A DNA stretch of 64,000 bases, taken from a virus. The stretch spans positions 96,001 through 160,000 of the IMG/VR virus record IMGVR_UViG_3300003690_000003; one strand, given 5' to 3'. Both the position numbers and the translations under genes were made by a program. Below are positions 41,185 through 50,870 of the stretch, one piece after another (the first letter of the stretch is position 1; the number at the start of each line of letters is the position of its first letter). Under the pieces are notes generated by a model. The model searched no databases, was not told where the DNA came from, and saw only the letters and a program-made list of their open reading frames with translations.

Positions 41185-42123
41185 TTATCGAAGAACATAC
41201 CCTACCCCGTCGACCCACTGGGCGCCCGTATTTTGCTGGACCTGGGCCCAACTTTGTCCGACTCGATCTCGGGCGCTGGCTTGACATTGCTTTTGTGCTT
41301 CTGCCTCCAGGGCCTCGATTTTCCGACCCTCGGTCGCCTGTTCAACACATTGATTAAAAATCACAGCCTCTGCTTCAAACCTTACCTGTTGCGGAGACAC
41401 ATTTTGAGTAGCTTCACTAACTTGCCTATTATAACCCTCGCATGCGACCTGATTGCCCGCAGCGCACTGCGCTTTAAGTGCTTTCAGAATAGGATCTTTT
41501 TCTGTCGCTACTATCTCAGCCAGCTCCTGCATCGTCTCTCCTTCTCCAATTCCTGTTTTCTTAGTACTAGAGTTAAACTTACTAACCAAACTACTATCTG
41601 ATATATTCTCAGAAAACATATCAGAAATATTAATGCCGGTTGTTTTTATATAATCCCCTTTAGTGTGAGTAAGATTATCGTATCTTACCACTACAACATC
41701 TCCCCTCTCTGGTTCAGGGGATCCTTCTAACACTGTTGCTTTAAACGTAGGAAGCAGACTCACATACATAGGATCTAAAACACTCAACTTTTTAAGATTC
41801 ATATGTACTGTTGTAGGTCGAGATATAACGTAACATTTCAAATCAAACATTTTTTCTTGTGTTTTATCTATATCGGCTACTAAGCCTAAGTTTGGGTCAT
41901 ATGAAGACATCATTCCGGCGCTTCGTGGAAGCACGGCCATCACAACTGCTTCATCGTCGTCCGGTGGCAGCGCGTTTGGTACAAAGTAAGCGCTAGTGGC
42001 GCGCCCGGCGGCAGATAAGCTATTATCTAAACGCGTATCTATAAGTGGCTGATCAATCGGAGTGCCGTATGATTTTGTTTCATGTCTTTTTACAAATTCT
42101 AGGAATCTATTTGGGCGTGTCAT
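41185..42123 (-). CDS. Hypothetical protein, possible spike/hub OB-fold
   Basis: PERGDVVVVRY resembles the P-x-x-G-x-x-V-x-V motif of gp5/gpV OB-folds; helical Gln-rich C-terminus. Confidence 0.35.
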   Translation of the reverse strand: MTRPNRFLEFVKRHETKSYGTPIDQPLIDTRLDNSLSAAGRATSAYFVPNALPPDDDEAVVMAVLPRSAGMMSSYDPNLGLVADIDKTQEKMFDLKCYVISRPTTVHMNLKKLSVLDPMYVSLLPTFKATVLEGSPEPERGDVVVVRYDNLTHTKGDYIKTTGINISDMFSENISDSSLVSKFNSSTKKTGIGEGETMQELAEIVATEKDPILKALKAQCAAGNQVACEGYNRQVSEATQNVSPQQVRFEAEAVIFNQCVEQATEGRKIEALEAEAQKQCQASARDRVGQSWAQVQQNTGAQWVDGVGYVLR

Positions 42124-42419
42124 TCTTGATTTTCCTTATCAAGCATATCATAGAGATCTGATTTATCTTCTTCAGATAATCCATCCACTCCTCCTTGCTG
42201 CTTTTGAAGAAGTGCAGAAATCTTAACCATTTGCTCATTAGATCTTTGTAGATTTTCTACATATTTGGCCGCTATAGCGCCAAGCTCTTTGCGCGCTGAG
42301 TCTGACATTTTCATATCATTCATCGCGTCTATAAGAAGCGACTTGGCAAGCGCGCGGTCTTCTCTAATATTGCGCGTAGCCTCTTGAATATATTCTTCTA
42401 GATTTCGCCGCTTTCCCAT
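42120..42419 (-). CDS. Hypothetical helical protein
   Basis: 99-aa ORF overlapping both neighbours in the operon. Confidence 0.6.
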   Translation of the reverse strand: MGKRRNLEEYIQEATRNIREDRALAKSLLIDAMNDMKMSDSARKELGAIAAKYVENLQRSNEQMVKISALLQKQQGGVDGLSEEDKSDLYDMLDKENQE

Positions 42420-43108
42420 TTGTTTCTAAATACCTTATACTTTTTACGAAGTTTGTTTAAGTTATTAACTACTTGTTTTGTGTTAAGCCCAGTAATCTCC
42501 CGTAAGTATAAGTAAATAGCTTTTTTATTGAAAATTTCAATATCATTACATGACTCAAAAAGTATTTTCACAGCCTGAAGAACCTTCTTCTCATTTTCTT
42601 TGAGCATATCGCCGTCCCAATCGGACAGTTCCAAAAAAAAATTGTTCCAAAACTCTTGTTCTTCTCTTGTCTGATCATATTGTTTCTCTTTTGATATCAC
42701 CTCTTCATGAAGTTGATTTATCATGTCTTCTAAGTATACTTCTTTTTTTGCGCGACGCGCGTTCTGTTTTACTTTATGGATAAACCAATTTTTAGTTACT
42801 ACACTAAAATATGAAAAAGCTTTAGAGCCCTTGTTTGGATCATATTTATCCAATATTGTAGTAAGCCATATTTTACATTCATCTCGAAGAGAGTCGATAT
42901 TTGGCAATGAAGTAAACCGATAAGTAAAAATTATCTTATTTACCATTTCATTAAATGCTGGCTGTATAAACGCAATATATAGTTCAGTTCGTCGCTCTAT
43001 AGTACATGCTTCTTTGGCATATTCTACAATAGCATCTTCATGAATCTGTGTAAAATAATGATTCTTACGCCTCTTATTCTTCTTCTTGAGGGGTGTTGGT
43101 TCCATCAT
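42398..43108 (-). CDS. Phage sigma factor (T4 gp55-like late sigma)
   Basis: N-terminal KNHYFT, region-2-like LDKYDPNKGSKAFSYFSVVTKNWFIHKVK, and a C-terminal HTH-like LREITGLNTKQVVNNLNKLR. Confidence 0.7.
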   Translation of the reverse strand: MMEPTPLKKKNKRRKNHYFTQIHEDAIVEYAKEACTIERRTELYIAFIQPAFNEMVNKIIFTYRFTSLPNIDSLRDECKIWLTTILDKYDPNKGSKAFSYFSVVTKNWFIHKVKQNARRAKKEVYLEDMINQLHEEVISKEKQYDQTREEQEFWNNFFLELSDWDGDMLKENEKKVLQAVKILFESCNDIEIFNKKAIYLYLREITGLNTKQVVNNLNKLRKKYKVFRNKWESGEI

Positions 43109-43409
43109 CCTCTAAGTCCTCCTCTAATCTTTCTACATCCGTGGTGAGGCTATATATATCTTCAAATTTCCTCAACTCTTCACGAACAAATTTTGTCTTA
43201 ATAACCAATTCTTCTAAGATCGGTTCTCCATGATACATATCCATTGCATATAAAGAACTAGTAAACTCCTCAAACACTCGAAAAACTACATATAAATCCC
43301 CCAAGTTATCTGAGGTATAAAGCAGCTTAGCTAACACTTTATAGACATACCAAATTAACAAAATATTTAATACTACAGATAAAATCAGTCCTAATATCAA
43401 ATATGTCAT
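43074..43409 (-). CDS. Hypothetical protein with N-terminal membrane anchor
   Basis: Hydrophobic LILGLILSVVLNILLIWYVY followed by an acidic tail. Confidence 0.6.
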   Translation of the reverse strand: MTYLILGLILSVVLNILLIWYVYKVLAKLLYTSDNLGDLYVVFRVFEEFTSSLYAMDMYHGEPILEELVIKTKFVREELRKFEDIYSLTTDVERLEEDLEDDGTNTPQEEE

Positions 43410-43654
43410 CGTTGCGTGTCTAGATCCTTACGTTGCTTTTGTAGTTCTTGGCGAGATTCTTCGATAAACTCTTCTGTTATTTGACCCACTTTTTTAGTGG
43501 ATTGCTTTTTAACCCCATAAGATGGCGTTGTTAAAAGCTTTGTTAACATATCTTGCACACCACATTTTTCACACACCTGTAGTATATCACTAAGGCCATG
43601 CATTGTTAAGTATTCAATATTACAGGCGCCACACTTATAGGCATAGCGCGGCAT
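43406..43654 (-). CDS. FmdB-family zinc-ribbon protein
   Basis: MPRYAYKCGAC...CEKCG...LTKLL. Confidence 0.8.
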   Translation of the reverse strand: MPRYAYKCGACNIEYLTMHGLSDILQVCEKCGVQDMLTKLLTTPSYGVKKQSTKKVGQITEEFIEESRQELQKQRKDLDTQR

Positions 43655-43872
43655 TAGTTTTCTTCTGTTAATACTTCATCAACAAAATCTGGTACATTGG
43701 CTACTGTAGTTCCATCAAAACTAACTACAGGAGGATTTACCACAAACAGATCGCCACTATCGTCAAGCTCCCAGTCGGTTTCTTGCAACAGTTCTACAAT
43801 GTCCGTTTCCTCTAAAAGACACTTCTGTAGTGTCATCATCAATGCCCCTAGGGCTTGGTTACTAAGTTTCAT
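43654..43872 (-). CDS. Hypothetical protein (72 aa)
   Basis: Strong SD (AAGGAG); coupled to the next gene. Confidence 0.65.
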   Translation of the reverse strand: MKLSNQALGALMMTLQKCLLEETDIVELLQETDWELDDSGDLFVVNPPVVSFDGTTVANVPDFVDEVLTEEN

Positions 43873-43938
43873 TTTTTCTCCTTCTGTATGCTTTCCTGTG
43901 ACGGAAAGTCATAGTATATATTTTATCAGTGTGCATTA

Positions 43939-44694
43939 CTATTTGGTTCCTCGTATGGCAGGGTCAATATTATAAGCCTTAAAAAGTGGCTGTAGCTCCT
44001 GTTCATAATGAGAGGTAAGCCAACATGCCTTCCTTCCCAATGAACCACCGGTAATAGCGGTGGCCATATATGGAAATACGCTCGAATCATAGTGTAGGTT
44101 CCCTCGTTTGGGCTCTCCGCTATATGTGTAACACCCCCTAATACCCATACGTATGCATGCGTGTGATCCCCGAACTTCGCTATCTTGAATATTTCGTGGG
44201 GCAAAAAACTTAAAAAGATTCAGTAAGCGATCCTTTTTCCAGATTGCAGCTTGAGTAGAATAGATATATGTCGACCGGGGCGCCGAAGATATTTCAAATA
44301 AATCCAGCTCTTCAGAAACTTTCTGGTCCGGGAGTCGGGGATCGATCCCTGACTTTATTAGGCGTACAAAGCTGTAATCGGATTCCTTAAGAAACTGATT
44401 AATGGCACGAATTTTTTCTTCTTGTGCGTCATCATAAAGTATAAAATCTTCAAACATTACTAACACATGTTCTTCTTTCACCTGTGACATCGACTCAATA
44501 AACCTTTTACAATACACCTCTTCTTCATTATTTAGGACCTGGATACAGTTTGTCGGCAGCGTCTCAGCATGGTGGGGTATTAATACTGTCTTCTTGTCAA
44601 AAAACGGCGCATGTTTTTCAAGCTGTCCAAAAAACATAGACCATACATCCGCATAGCTGGGGTGAGTCCACACTACTAATCTTAAATTATCCAT
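43939..44694 (-). CDS. Putative GT-A-like glycosyltransferase
   Basis: VLVMFEDFIL (DxD-like) and QAAIWKK; last gene of the glycan cluster. Function inferred mainly from context. Confidence 0.4.
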   Translation of the reverse strand: MDNLRLVVWTHPSYADVWSMFFGQLEKHAPFFDKKTVLIPHHAETLPTNCIQVLNNEEEVYCKRFIESMSQVKEEHVLVMFEDFILYDDAQEEKIRAINQFLKESDYSFVRLIKSGIDPRLPDQKVSEELDLFEISSAPRSTYIYSTQAAIWKKDRLLNLFKFFAPRNIQDSEVRGSHACIRMGIRGCYTYSGEPKRGNLHYDSSVFPYMATAITGGSLGRKACWLTSHYEQELQPLFKAYNIDPAIRGTK

Positions 44695-44703
44695 GTTCTA
44701 TGC

Positions 44704-45066
44704 TTATATTTCCAATCCCAAAAGTCCCTTATTTCTATCAAGGTTTATAGCTACAGCATAGTCTTCGTTCCCGTCGGGCTTTCGATCGTTTACTAAATAT
44801 CTTTTACCGCCCCCAACTCCCAGAATAAGCTGATCATAAATAATACCTAGTTGTGACAGCTGTCTTTCTGTTTGGGACCGGGACCCTTCTCTGCGCCCAG
44901 ATACTAATATAATATTATAACCTTTTTTGTCCCATTCTAATAATGTTTCAACTGTTCCAGATAAAAGCTTTGGATTAAAATCTGGTTTGGTTGTTTCCGT
45001 GGCAGCGCCATGTTCTATCAATGTTCCGTCGATATCACAAAATATTGTTTTTGCCCTATTATCCAT
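44704..45066 (-). CDS. Small HAD-family phosphatase (EcbF/BcbF-like)
   Basis: IFCDIDGTL (motif I), VSGR (motif II), LVNDRKP. Confidence 0.75.
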   Translation of the reverse strand: MDNRAKTIFCDIDGTLIEHGAATETTKPDFNPKLLSGTVETLLEWDKKGYNIILVSGRREGSRSQTERQLSQLGIIYDQLILGVGGGKRYLVNDRKPDGNEDYAVAINLDRNKGLLGLEI

Positions 45067-46030
45067 AAAATAAGCTTCCTAGCTTGTTCTTAATATTGTA
45101 TTTTATTTCAGTATCAATATCTTCAAAATTAGATTTAATTCTTTCTAGGAAATCTAGTTGAGATAATATATAATGACCGCATATATTTATAAGCTCTTCT
45201 TTATTTACTGTGGGATCATAATAATCGTCTACCCACTTTTTCCAACGTCTAGAGTCATAGCATATCTGCCAAAATACGTCAAGAAGTTCAGGCTTTTCAT
45301 TTTTAATTTTATGTAGATATGTTTTAGTTTCTATCTGTCCGAATTCTGGGGCTATATTAATTGAATCTAGGCCAAGTGAAAACTTTTCGTGAATCAGCGC
45401 TGGTGGCAAATAGTCACCATTGTGTTCCTTCGCAAACATTCCATGCTGATGTACTATTTTAAGCATTCCTTTAAGTCGCTCCTTGCCATATACTCCTGTG
45501 TTTTCATTTCCTTGCAACGATGTACCTGATTGTATCACACAATATTTAATTTTTTCATATTCTGCTGCTTTAAGCTTCCGCTCTAAATCTTTTAATAGCC
45601 TGCCGACCTCGGAGGTACTAAAATGTCTGATTGCTTCCTCTGTTCCCACTTCAAAAAATATCTTCGAGTTTCGTTGATAACAATATTTAATCATTTCAAC
45701 TGTCCACTGCAAACCATCTTCATAAACGGGATATTTTTTCCAAGGATCAATGTGAATCATATCTAAATATTTGCAATCTACCTCTAAAGAATCATAACCG
45801 TCATCATCACAAAGCCCCTGGCCGGGGCCGGCATGATCGCGAGTGATGAACTGCCGCGGCATATATCTGCGAAAGGTTTTGGTCGACCACCCATTTACAT
45901 AGCCTCCTTGGGTGGCAACTTGACGACGAGAAGGGATAAATCCTATACGATGGCCTGTCTCGTTGCAAAACTCTACTACAGAGTCTACAACATTTTTTGA
46001 CATTGGGCCAATAAAATATTTAATCGACAT
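45059..46030 (-). CDS. GatZ/KbaZ-like TIM-barrel sugar-phosphate enzyme (possible C4-epimerase)
   Basis: SRRQV..GGY, RDHAGPG, IHIDP, EVGTEE, KEHNGDY and NIAPEFG match the GatZ/KbaZ motif order. Confidence 0.65.
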   Translation of the reverse strand: MSIKYFIGPMSKNVVDSVVEFCNETGHRIGFIPSRRQVATQGGYVNGWSTKTFRRYMPRQFITRDHAGPGQGLCDDDGYDSLEVDCKYLDMIHIDPWKKYPVYEDGLQWTVEMIKYCYQRNSKIFFEVGTEEAIRHFSTSEVGRLLKDLERKLKAAEYEKIKYCVIQSGTSLQGNENTGVYGKERLKGMLKIVHQHGMFAKEHNGDYLPPALIHEKFSLGLDSINIAPEFGQIETKTYLHKIKNEKPELLDVFWQICYDSRRWKKWVDDYYDPTVNKEELINICGHYILSQLDFLERIKSNFEDIDTEIKYNIKNKLGSLFYG

Positions 46031-47582
46031 TTTCCAGTGTTCTTTTCAAACTCAGCTTCCCAAAATTAAATAAAAATTTGTTAAAAGGATATTTATGCAA
46101 TGGCGCCATGTTTATCCATATAATCGCCGTCAGCACCTCTACCTTTTGAAAATCATATCCATTATCAATAATAAATTTTTTCAATATCTTTTTACACTCT
46201 AAAAGTTTAGAGTTACACAAAATATAACAGTTATCGACTGAACTATTAAACATCTTCTTGTTTACAATTTCATGATTAATACTCAGATTGTGATTCAGCT
46301 TAGCCAAATCATAATATATGTCCCCAATCGATAAATGACCTCCGAAATCTTGACGCCAATCGAGTAAACAGAAGCCATCCTCCGTTTCAAGAATATTGTC
46401 TAATATAAAATCTCCATGGAACTGTACAGGAACCCCCGCGCATAACCATTTCAAATCGATTTTATTGAAAAGCTCTTTAATAGGAGGGACCGCTTCTCCA
46501 TTAATCAGCACCGACACGTCGGAGTTTTTCTCTAAAAATGTATTAATACGTGAAAATGTTTTATCGACGTAAAACCGACGACATATCTCATCAAAGGCAT
46601 CACACTCTTTTTTTAACCACAGCCGCTCTTTTGACCACTCTAGAAGGCGCCAAAACTTCTCGCGGGTAACTGACTTAGAAAACAAACTCCCTGGGACCAA
46701 CTCATACTTATAAAAGTTATTTCCTGTGGCCACGACGCGAGGTACCAAGCCAGCAAGACGTTTGGCACGCTGAATACGATTTTGATTAATCTCGGCATTG
46801 GCAAAAAACTTTATAACGTGCTTCTCAAAAAAGTAAATCGATTCCTCCTTTTTTTCCAGCACGTCGGTCGTGGTCGTAAAGTGTTGTCGAGCCCTTTCTA
46901 GTTCTCCTACGTTGCCAATATCAATCCACCCATGTGCCTCAACAAACTTAACTGGAGCCGCCGAAGTCTCCAACATACGGTTGATTACATTTCCTTCAAA
47001 CAAAGAAGTGCTATCCCCTTCCGCGTGATATAATTTTTCTAGCTCCTCCCAAAACAAAATATAATCTTTAATCCCGCATAGTCCTACATATGCAAAATCA
47101 TAATGAAGCTCTCCTTTCTCTTTAATTTTTACTACTGCGCCCCTGTCAACCAACAGGGTGCTATATTGCGAAGCGTCATTTTTTTGCTCTCCAACACAAA
47201 AATTCTCACCACTTTGAACACACTCCAATAAAAATGTACTATCCTTAAAGAAAGTATCACATGCATTAAATATGAAAGGGCACTGAAGTTCTTCCTTGGC
47301 TTGTAAAATAGAATAAGCAAGGCTCGACCCGGGACCATTATAGTTATCCACCCACACAAAAGCACAGTTTAACTGCGGATATGCCATTTCTACAAACTCT
47401 TTTACATATAAACCATAGTGTCCTAGCGTAATCACGAACTCTGTGCCAGCTGGATATCCTTCTATAATATATGAAATAGCTGGTTTGTCCCCTATGCGAA
47501 CAAGTGCCTTGTTGGTAAAATCGGTAAGATCACCAAGGCGGCTCCCAACTCCGCTTGTTGTTATTAATACTTTATATTGCAC
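46020..47582 (-). CDS. Nucleotidyltransferase - APH/choline-kinase-like fusion (BcbE/EcbE-like)
   Basis: N-terminal TTSGVGSRL...NKAL and WIDIG; C-terminal HGDFILDNI, LLDWR and GDIYYDLAKL. Confidence 0.8.
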   Translation of the reverse strand: MQYKVLITTSGVGSRLGDLTDFTNKALVRIGDKPAISYIIEGYPAGTEFVITLGHYGLYVKEFVEMAYPQLNCAFVWVDNYNGPGSSLAYSILQAKEELQCPFIFNACDTFFKDSTFLLECVQSGENFCVGEQKNDASQYSTLLVDRGAVVKIKEKGELHYDFAYVGLCGIKDYILFWEELEKLYHAEGDSTSLFEGNVINRMLETSAAPVKFVEAHGWIDIGNVGELERARQHFTTTTDVLEKKEESIYFFEKHVIKFFANAEINQNRIQRAKRLAGLVPRVVATGNNFYKYELVPGSLFSKSVTREKFWRLLEWSKERLWLKKECDAFDEICRRFYVDKTFSRINTFLEKNSDVSVLINGEAVPPIKELFNKIDLKWLCAGVPVQFHGDFILDNILETEDGFCLLDWRQDFGGHLSIGDIYYDLAKLNHNLSINHEIVNKKMFNSSVDNCYILCNSKLLECKKILKKFIIDNGYDFQKVEVLTAIIWINMAPLHKYPFNKFLFNFGKLSLKRTLENVD

Positions 47583-47936
47583 TTAGTCGGACACTCTCTT
47601 ATAGTCATCTTCGAAGCGAACTATATCATCTTCACCAAAATATTCTCCCCGCTGCACTTCAATAAAAACCAAGTTGTCTTGGCCCGTATTGCGTATACGA
47701 TGCTTTGCTTCTACAGGGACGCGTACAACATCTCCGGCCTTAACCTCGGACGTAACATCATCCAATGTTAGGCGCCCCCCTCCTTGAACTATAATCCATG
47801 TTTCATCGCGCTTGTGATGTAGCTGGTAACTGGGGGCATGCCCTGGATATACCACTATTTCCTTCACCTTACAGTAGCTTGTATCCAAAAGGTTTTCGAA
47901 TGTTCCCCATGGGCGCGCTTCCTTATAGTGTGTCAT
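47583..47936 (-). CDS. Cupin, type II mannose-6-phosphate isomerase-like
   Basis: RPWG, SYQLHHKRDETW, HRIRNTG, IEVQRGEYFGEDDIVRFEDDY. Confidence 0.88.
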   Translation of the reverse strand: MTHYKEARPWGTFENLLDTSYCKVKEIVVYPGHAPSYQLHHKRDETWIIVQGGGRLTLDDVTSEVKAGDVVRVPVEAKHRIRNTGQDNLVFIEVQRGEYFGEDDIVRFEDDYKRVSD

Positions 47937-49105
47937 GGGACGAATTTAATCTTGGGATTTATATTAGTAAGGATGTCATGTTTTATTTCCTCGTTATAAA
48001 CGCCAGCCCTTAAGATTACTATAGCACTATCTTCGTTGCTCAACGCGGCCGGAGACGCTACCTGAAGATGTGTGCCATAAAGTCGTTTACCGTGTTTTTT
48101 AACATCGTTATCTAAGATGCTAACTATCTTGTCTGTTTGCAGTCCGTGGGCTATCAACCACTGCGAAAACACATGCCCTCCAAATAGATATATCGGCGCT
48201 GTGGCCTCCTTGACTAAAATATTAAGCTCTTGGGATAATTGCGCGTCGGCTTTTATGTACTTCATCCACAACTCTTTATGATTCTCATAAAGCTTTGGGG
48301 GTAGTTCGGATGGTCGTCTGCTGTTGCTAGTTTTTTTAATACCATAAAAAATACTATGATCATCTCTAAAATATTCTTTTTCAACAACTTCAAACCCATA
48401 GGTTTCTATAAAATAATCGACGTATACCTCATCTAAGAAATATGTGTGCTCAAAATTTAAACAATTAGAGTAGTTTTTTTCTAACATCGCTCTCATATTG
48501 GGGATAGAAAAAAACGACAGGTCCCCTATCTTCATAAATGTCGCTTTGTCGCGCATAAAACGATGAGGAGAATATACATGCTCGAATACGTGTGAATGTA
48601 CTATCGTATCATATCTTTCGGTCGCTTTAAAATTCTCATTAAACCACCCTTTAATAAGGTGCAGAGGCTCCTTAATATTCTCACTTGGATTGGGCTCCAC
48701 AATCGTCCACTTCAACTCCGGACGATTGTTTAGAATTAGGCGCCCTAAATAACCATGTAACCCTCCTATTTCCAATATGCTATTGGTCTTATCAGGCTGT
48801 CGTAAAATAAATCTAGAAAAAGCTTCGTGATGTCGGCGCCAAAGCTCTCCTACCGTCCCCGAGCCATGGCCTTTTTTATATACTATTTCCAAAGGTAAAA
48901 CAGGATCAAGCTGAATCATTCCAGACTTGCGACTAATCCACCAACTCATCGACGAAACTAAATCATCTTCTGGTGACGTGTTATCACACCCCATAAAAAC
49001 AGGAAAATTTGAAAAGGTGCACAGATGCTCCATATCTGTAGAGTTCGTAATTAAATCAGAGCCTCTTGGGATACCTGTTATAACATTTGTCTTATCTTTT
49101 TTCAT
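47933..49105 (-). CDS. SAM-dependent methyltransferase, NDP-sugar C-methyltransferase-like
   Basis: ILEIGG.HG, HVFEH, FEHTYF, ILDNDVKKHGK and YNEEI, typical of this family's architecture. Confidence 0.7.
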   Translation of the reverse strand: MKKDKTNVITGIPRGSDLITNSTDMEHLCTFSNFPVFMGCDNTSPEDDLVSSMSWWISRKSGMIQLDPVLPLEIVYKKGHGSGTVGELWRRHHEAFSRFILRQPDKTNSILEIGGLHGYLGRLILNNRPELKWTIVEPNPSENIKEPLHLIKGWFNENFKATERYDTIVHSHVFEHVYSPHRFMRDKATFMKIGDLSFFSIPNMRAMLEKNYSNCLNFEHTYFLDEVYVDYFIETYGFEVVEKEYFRDDHSIFYGIKKTSNSRRPSELPPKLYENHKELWMKYIKADAQLSQELNILVKEATAPIYLFGGHVFSQWLIAHGLQTDKIVSILDNDVKKHGKRLYGTHLQVASPAALSNEDSAIVILRAGVYNEEIKHDILTNINPKIKFVP

Positions 49106-50864
49106 TTTTTTCCCAACTCAAAAACTTATCAAAGACATATTCAGCCGGCGGATTAGCTCCGTGTTCAGATAAAAAAAGCACCGAAGTTTCAAATGGATTC
49201 CAACTATCTTTATATCTAGTCAGATTGACCGGCATTGAGAACGCACTTGTGTTCCAATCGGCCCAGACTATCTGTGGACACCCACATAGGCTTGCTAAAT
49301 GCATCGGTCCAGAAGAAGTTCCAAAAATGCATGCTGCGCTAGCCAAAGTGTTTAAAAGTTCCTTCGATTCACACTCTCGCATGTCCGCGGAACCTTCGAC
49401 AAACATGGATTCTTCTTTGGTTCCAATACATACTACATTATAGCCCACCGAATGAAGTTTTTTAATTAAGTCTTCCCACTTGTCACGGCTCCAATTGTCA
49501 TTGGGGCGCAAGCTTCTATTCCGAGCATGAATAACAACAGCTTTTTCCTCTTTTGTTTTCTCTCCTAGCTTTTTATACTCAGGGGGAAGGAAGTGTTGTG
49601 CTATCTGGATTTTTTCAGTAATCGGAGTATAGGGAGGGTTTCCAACTCTTCGCGGGCCCACAACCGATACGGCCGACTCTTGCGGATCGATTTTTAGAGA
49701 TTCCAGAGTCTCTTTAACTATGGCCCCTAGCGGCGGGATGCCCGTACGATGAAAGGTGTCTCGGGGCCCTGCGTTTTCAGGATCAAAAGGAACAAATATA
49801 TCACAAAAATCATCATATAAAAAGCGCGAATGTTTTGAAGACACACATACGGTTTTATCATAAAACGCAGAAAGGCTTCTAATATATCCCTGCCACGCAA
49901 ACAATTCCCACCCAAACTCTCCGACCCACGGACCAGCAAGTAAAATGGTTTCTTTTTCTTTCTTGTGTCTCGGCGAAAAGTCAAATCTTTCTAATAAGCG
50001 CAACGTTTCGGCAGCCCAGTTCTTTCTGGTATATTGCTGGACTGTCACTCTACCTTGTTTTCCTATCCTCTCTCTTTCTTTGGGATTCTCTAGATAAAAT
50101 GCAATCTTTTTATTTAAATCATCATAGTCTTTAAAAATAACGAGGTCTTCGCCGTCCGTAAAAAAATCTTCCCTGTCGTTCCAATCATCTGATATCAAAA
50201 ATCCGGCGGCGGCTAGAACCTTAAAAACCCGATCTGACTGACCCCCTGTCGTACAAAAATTAAGATTAATCTTGGACTGCGATACCGCCATGGAGTGTTG
50301 CTCAGCAAAAACATTGTTTATTACGCTAATAGAGTATTTGATTTGTTCCATCTTGGATTTTCGATCGCCGTACAGCGTCCCTATAAAACTAACATCATAA
50401 ATCTTTTCTAGATTTCGCGGCTTCTCAAGAGCGCTATCAAAGCCATCTGTTACCAAAAACGAGTTTTTATTAAGCTCTAATGCTTTATCTAACACATTCT
50501 TCTTATCACATGTAAAAAAGTCTGCCACTCTTGTCTTGTCGTAGAATTCTTCGTATGAATATGTAGCAAGAGGATCAGCAAACCAATAGCATAAAGGAGC
50601 AAGTTTTTTACACTCTTTAAAAACTCGAATGCTTATACCGTTACATTTAGAAAAAATTATAAAATCGGGAGCCCAGCTTTTACAAAAGCGAATAATTTCA
50701 TCATCCCTTTTAGAGGAAATAAAAGGATTCCCTTCTAAAGTATGCCCGCGAGTTCGATAGTTATAAGCAACCACTGTGTGTCCCGCGTTTTGTAGCTCCC
50801 TCAGCTTTGCGTTATCAGCACTTTGATGTATATTATCAAAAACGGCGCTATAAAATATTTTCAT
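49092..50864 (-). CDS. Two-domain glycosyltransferase (CgeB-like + GT9/heptosyltransferase-like)
   Basis: N-half YDVSFIG, SKINLNF, SDRVFKVLAAAGFLISD; C-half GEFGWEL, NW...W..LI, SSGPMHLASLCG. Confidence 0.75.
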   Translation of the reverse strand: MKIFYSAVFDNIHQSADNAKLRELQNAGHTVVAYNYRTRGHTLEGNPFISSKRDDEIIRFCKSWAPDFIIFSKCNGISIRVFKECKKLAPLCYWFADPLATYSYEEFYDKTRVADFFTCDKKNVLDKALELNKNSFLVTDGFDSALEKPRNLEKIYDVSFIGTLYGDRKSKMEQIKYSISVINNVFAEQHSMAVSQSKINLNFCTTGGQSDRVFKVLAAAGFLISDDWNDREDFFTDGEDLVIFKDYDDLNKKIAFYLENPKERERIGKQGRVTVQQYTRKNWAAETLRLLERFDFSPRHKKEKETILLAGPWVGEFGWELFAWQGYIRSLSAFYDKTVCVSSKHSRFLYDDFCDIFVPFDPENAGPRDTFHRTGIPPLGAIVKETLESLKIDPQESAVSVVGPRRVGNPPYTPITEKIQIAQHFLPPEYKKLGEKTKEEKAVVIHARNRSLRPNDNWSRDKWEDLIKKLHSVGYNVVCIGTKEESMFVEGSADMRECESKELLNTLASAACIFGTSSGPMHLASLCGCPQIVWADWNTSAFSMPVNLTRYKDSWNPFETSVLFLSEHGANPPAEYVFDKFLSWEKNEKR

Positions 50865-50870
50865 ACCACT

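Noticed and set aside
43926-44204. Alternative-frame 92-aa minus-strand ORF
   Set aside because: It lies almost entirely within 43939..44694, with no motif or clear RBS.
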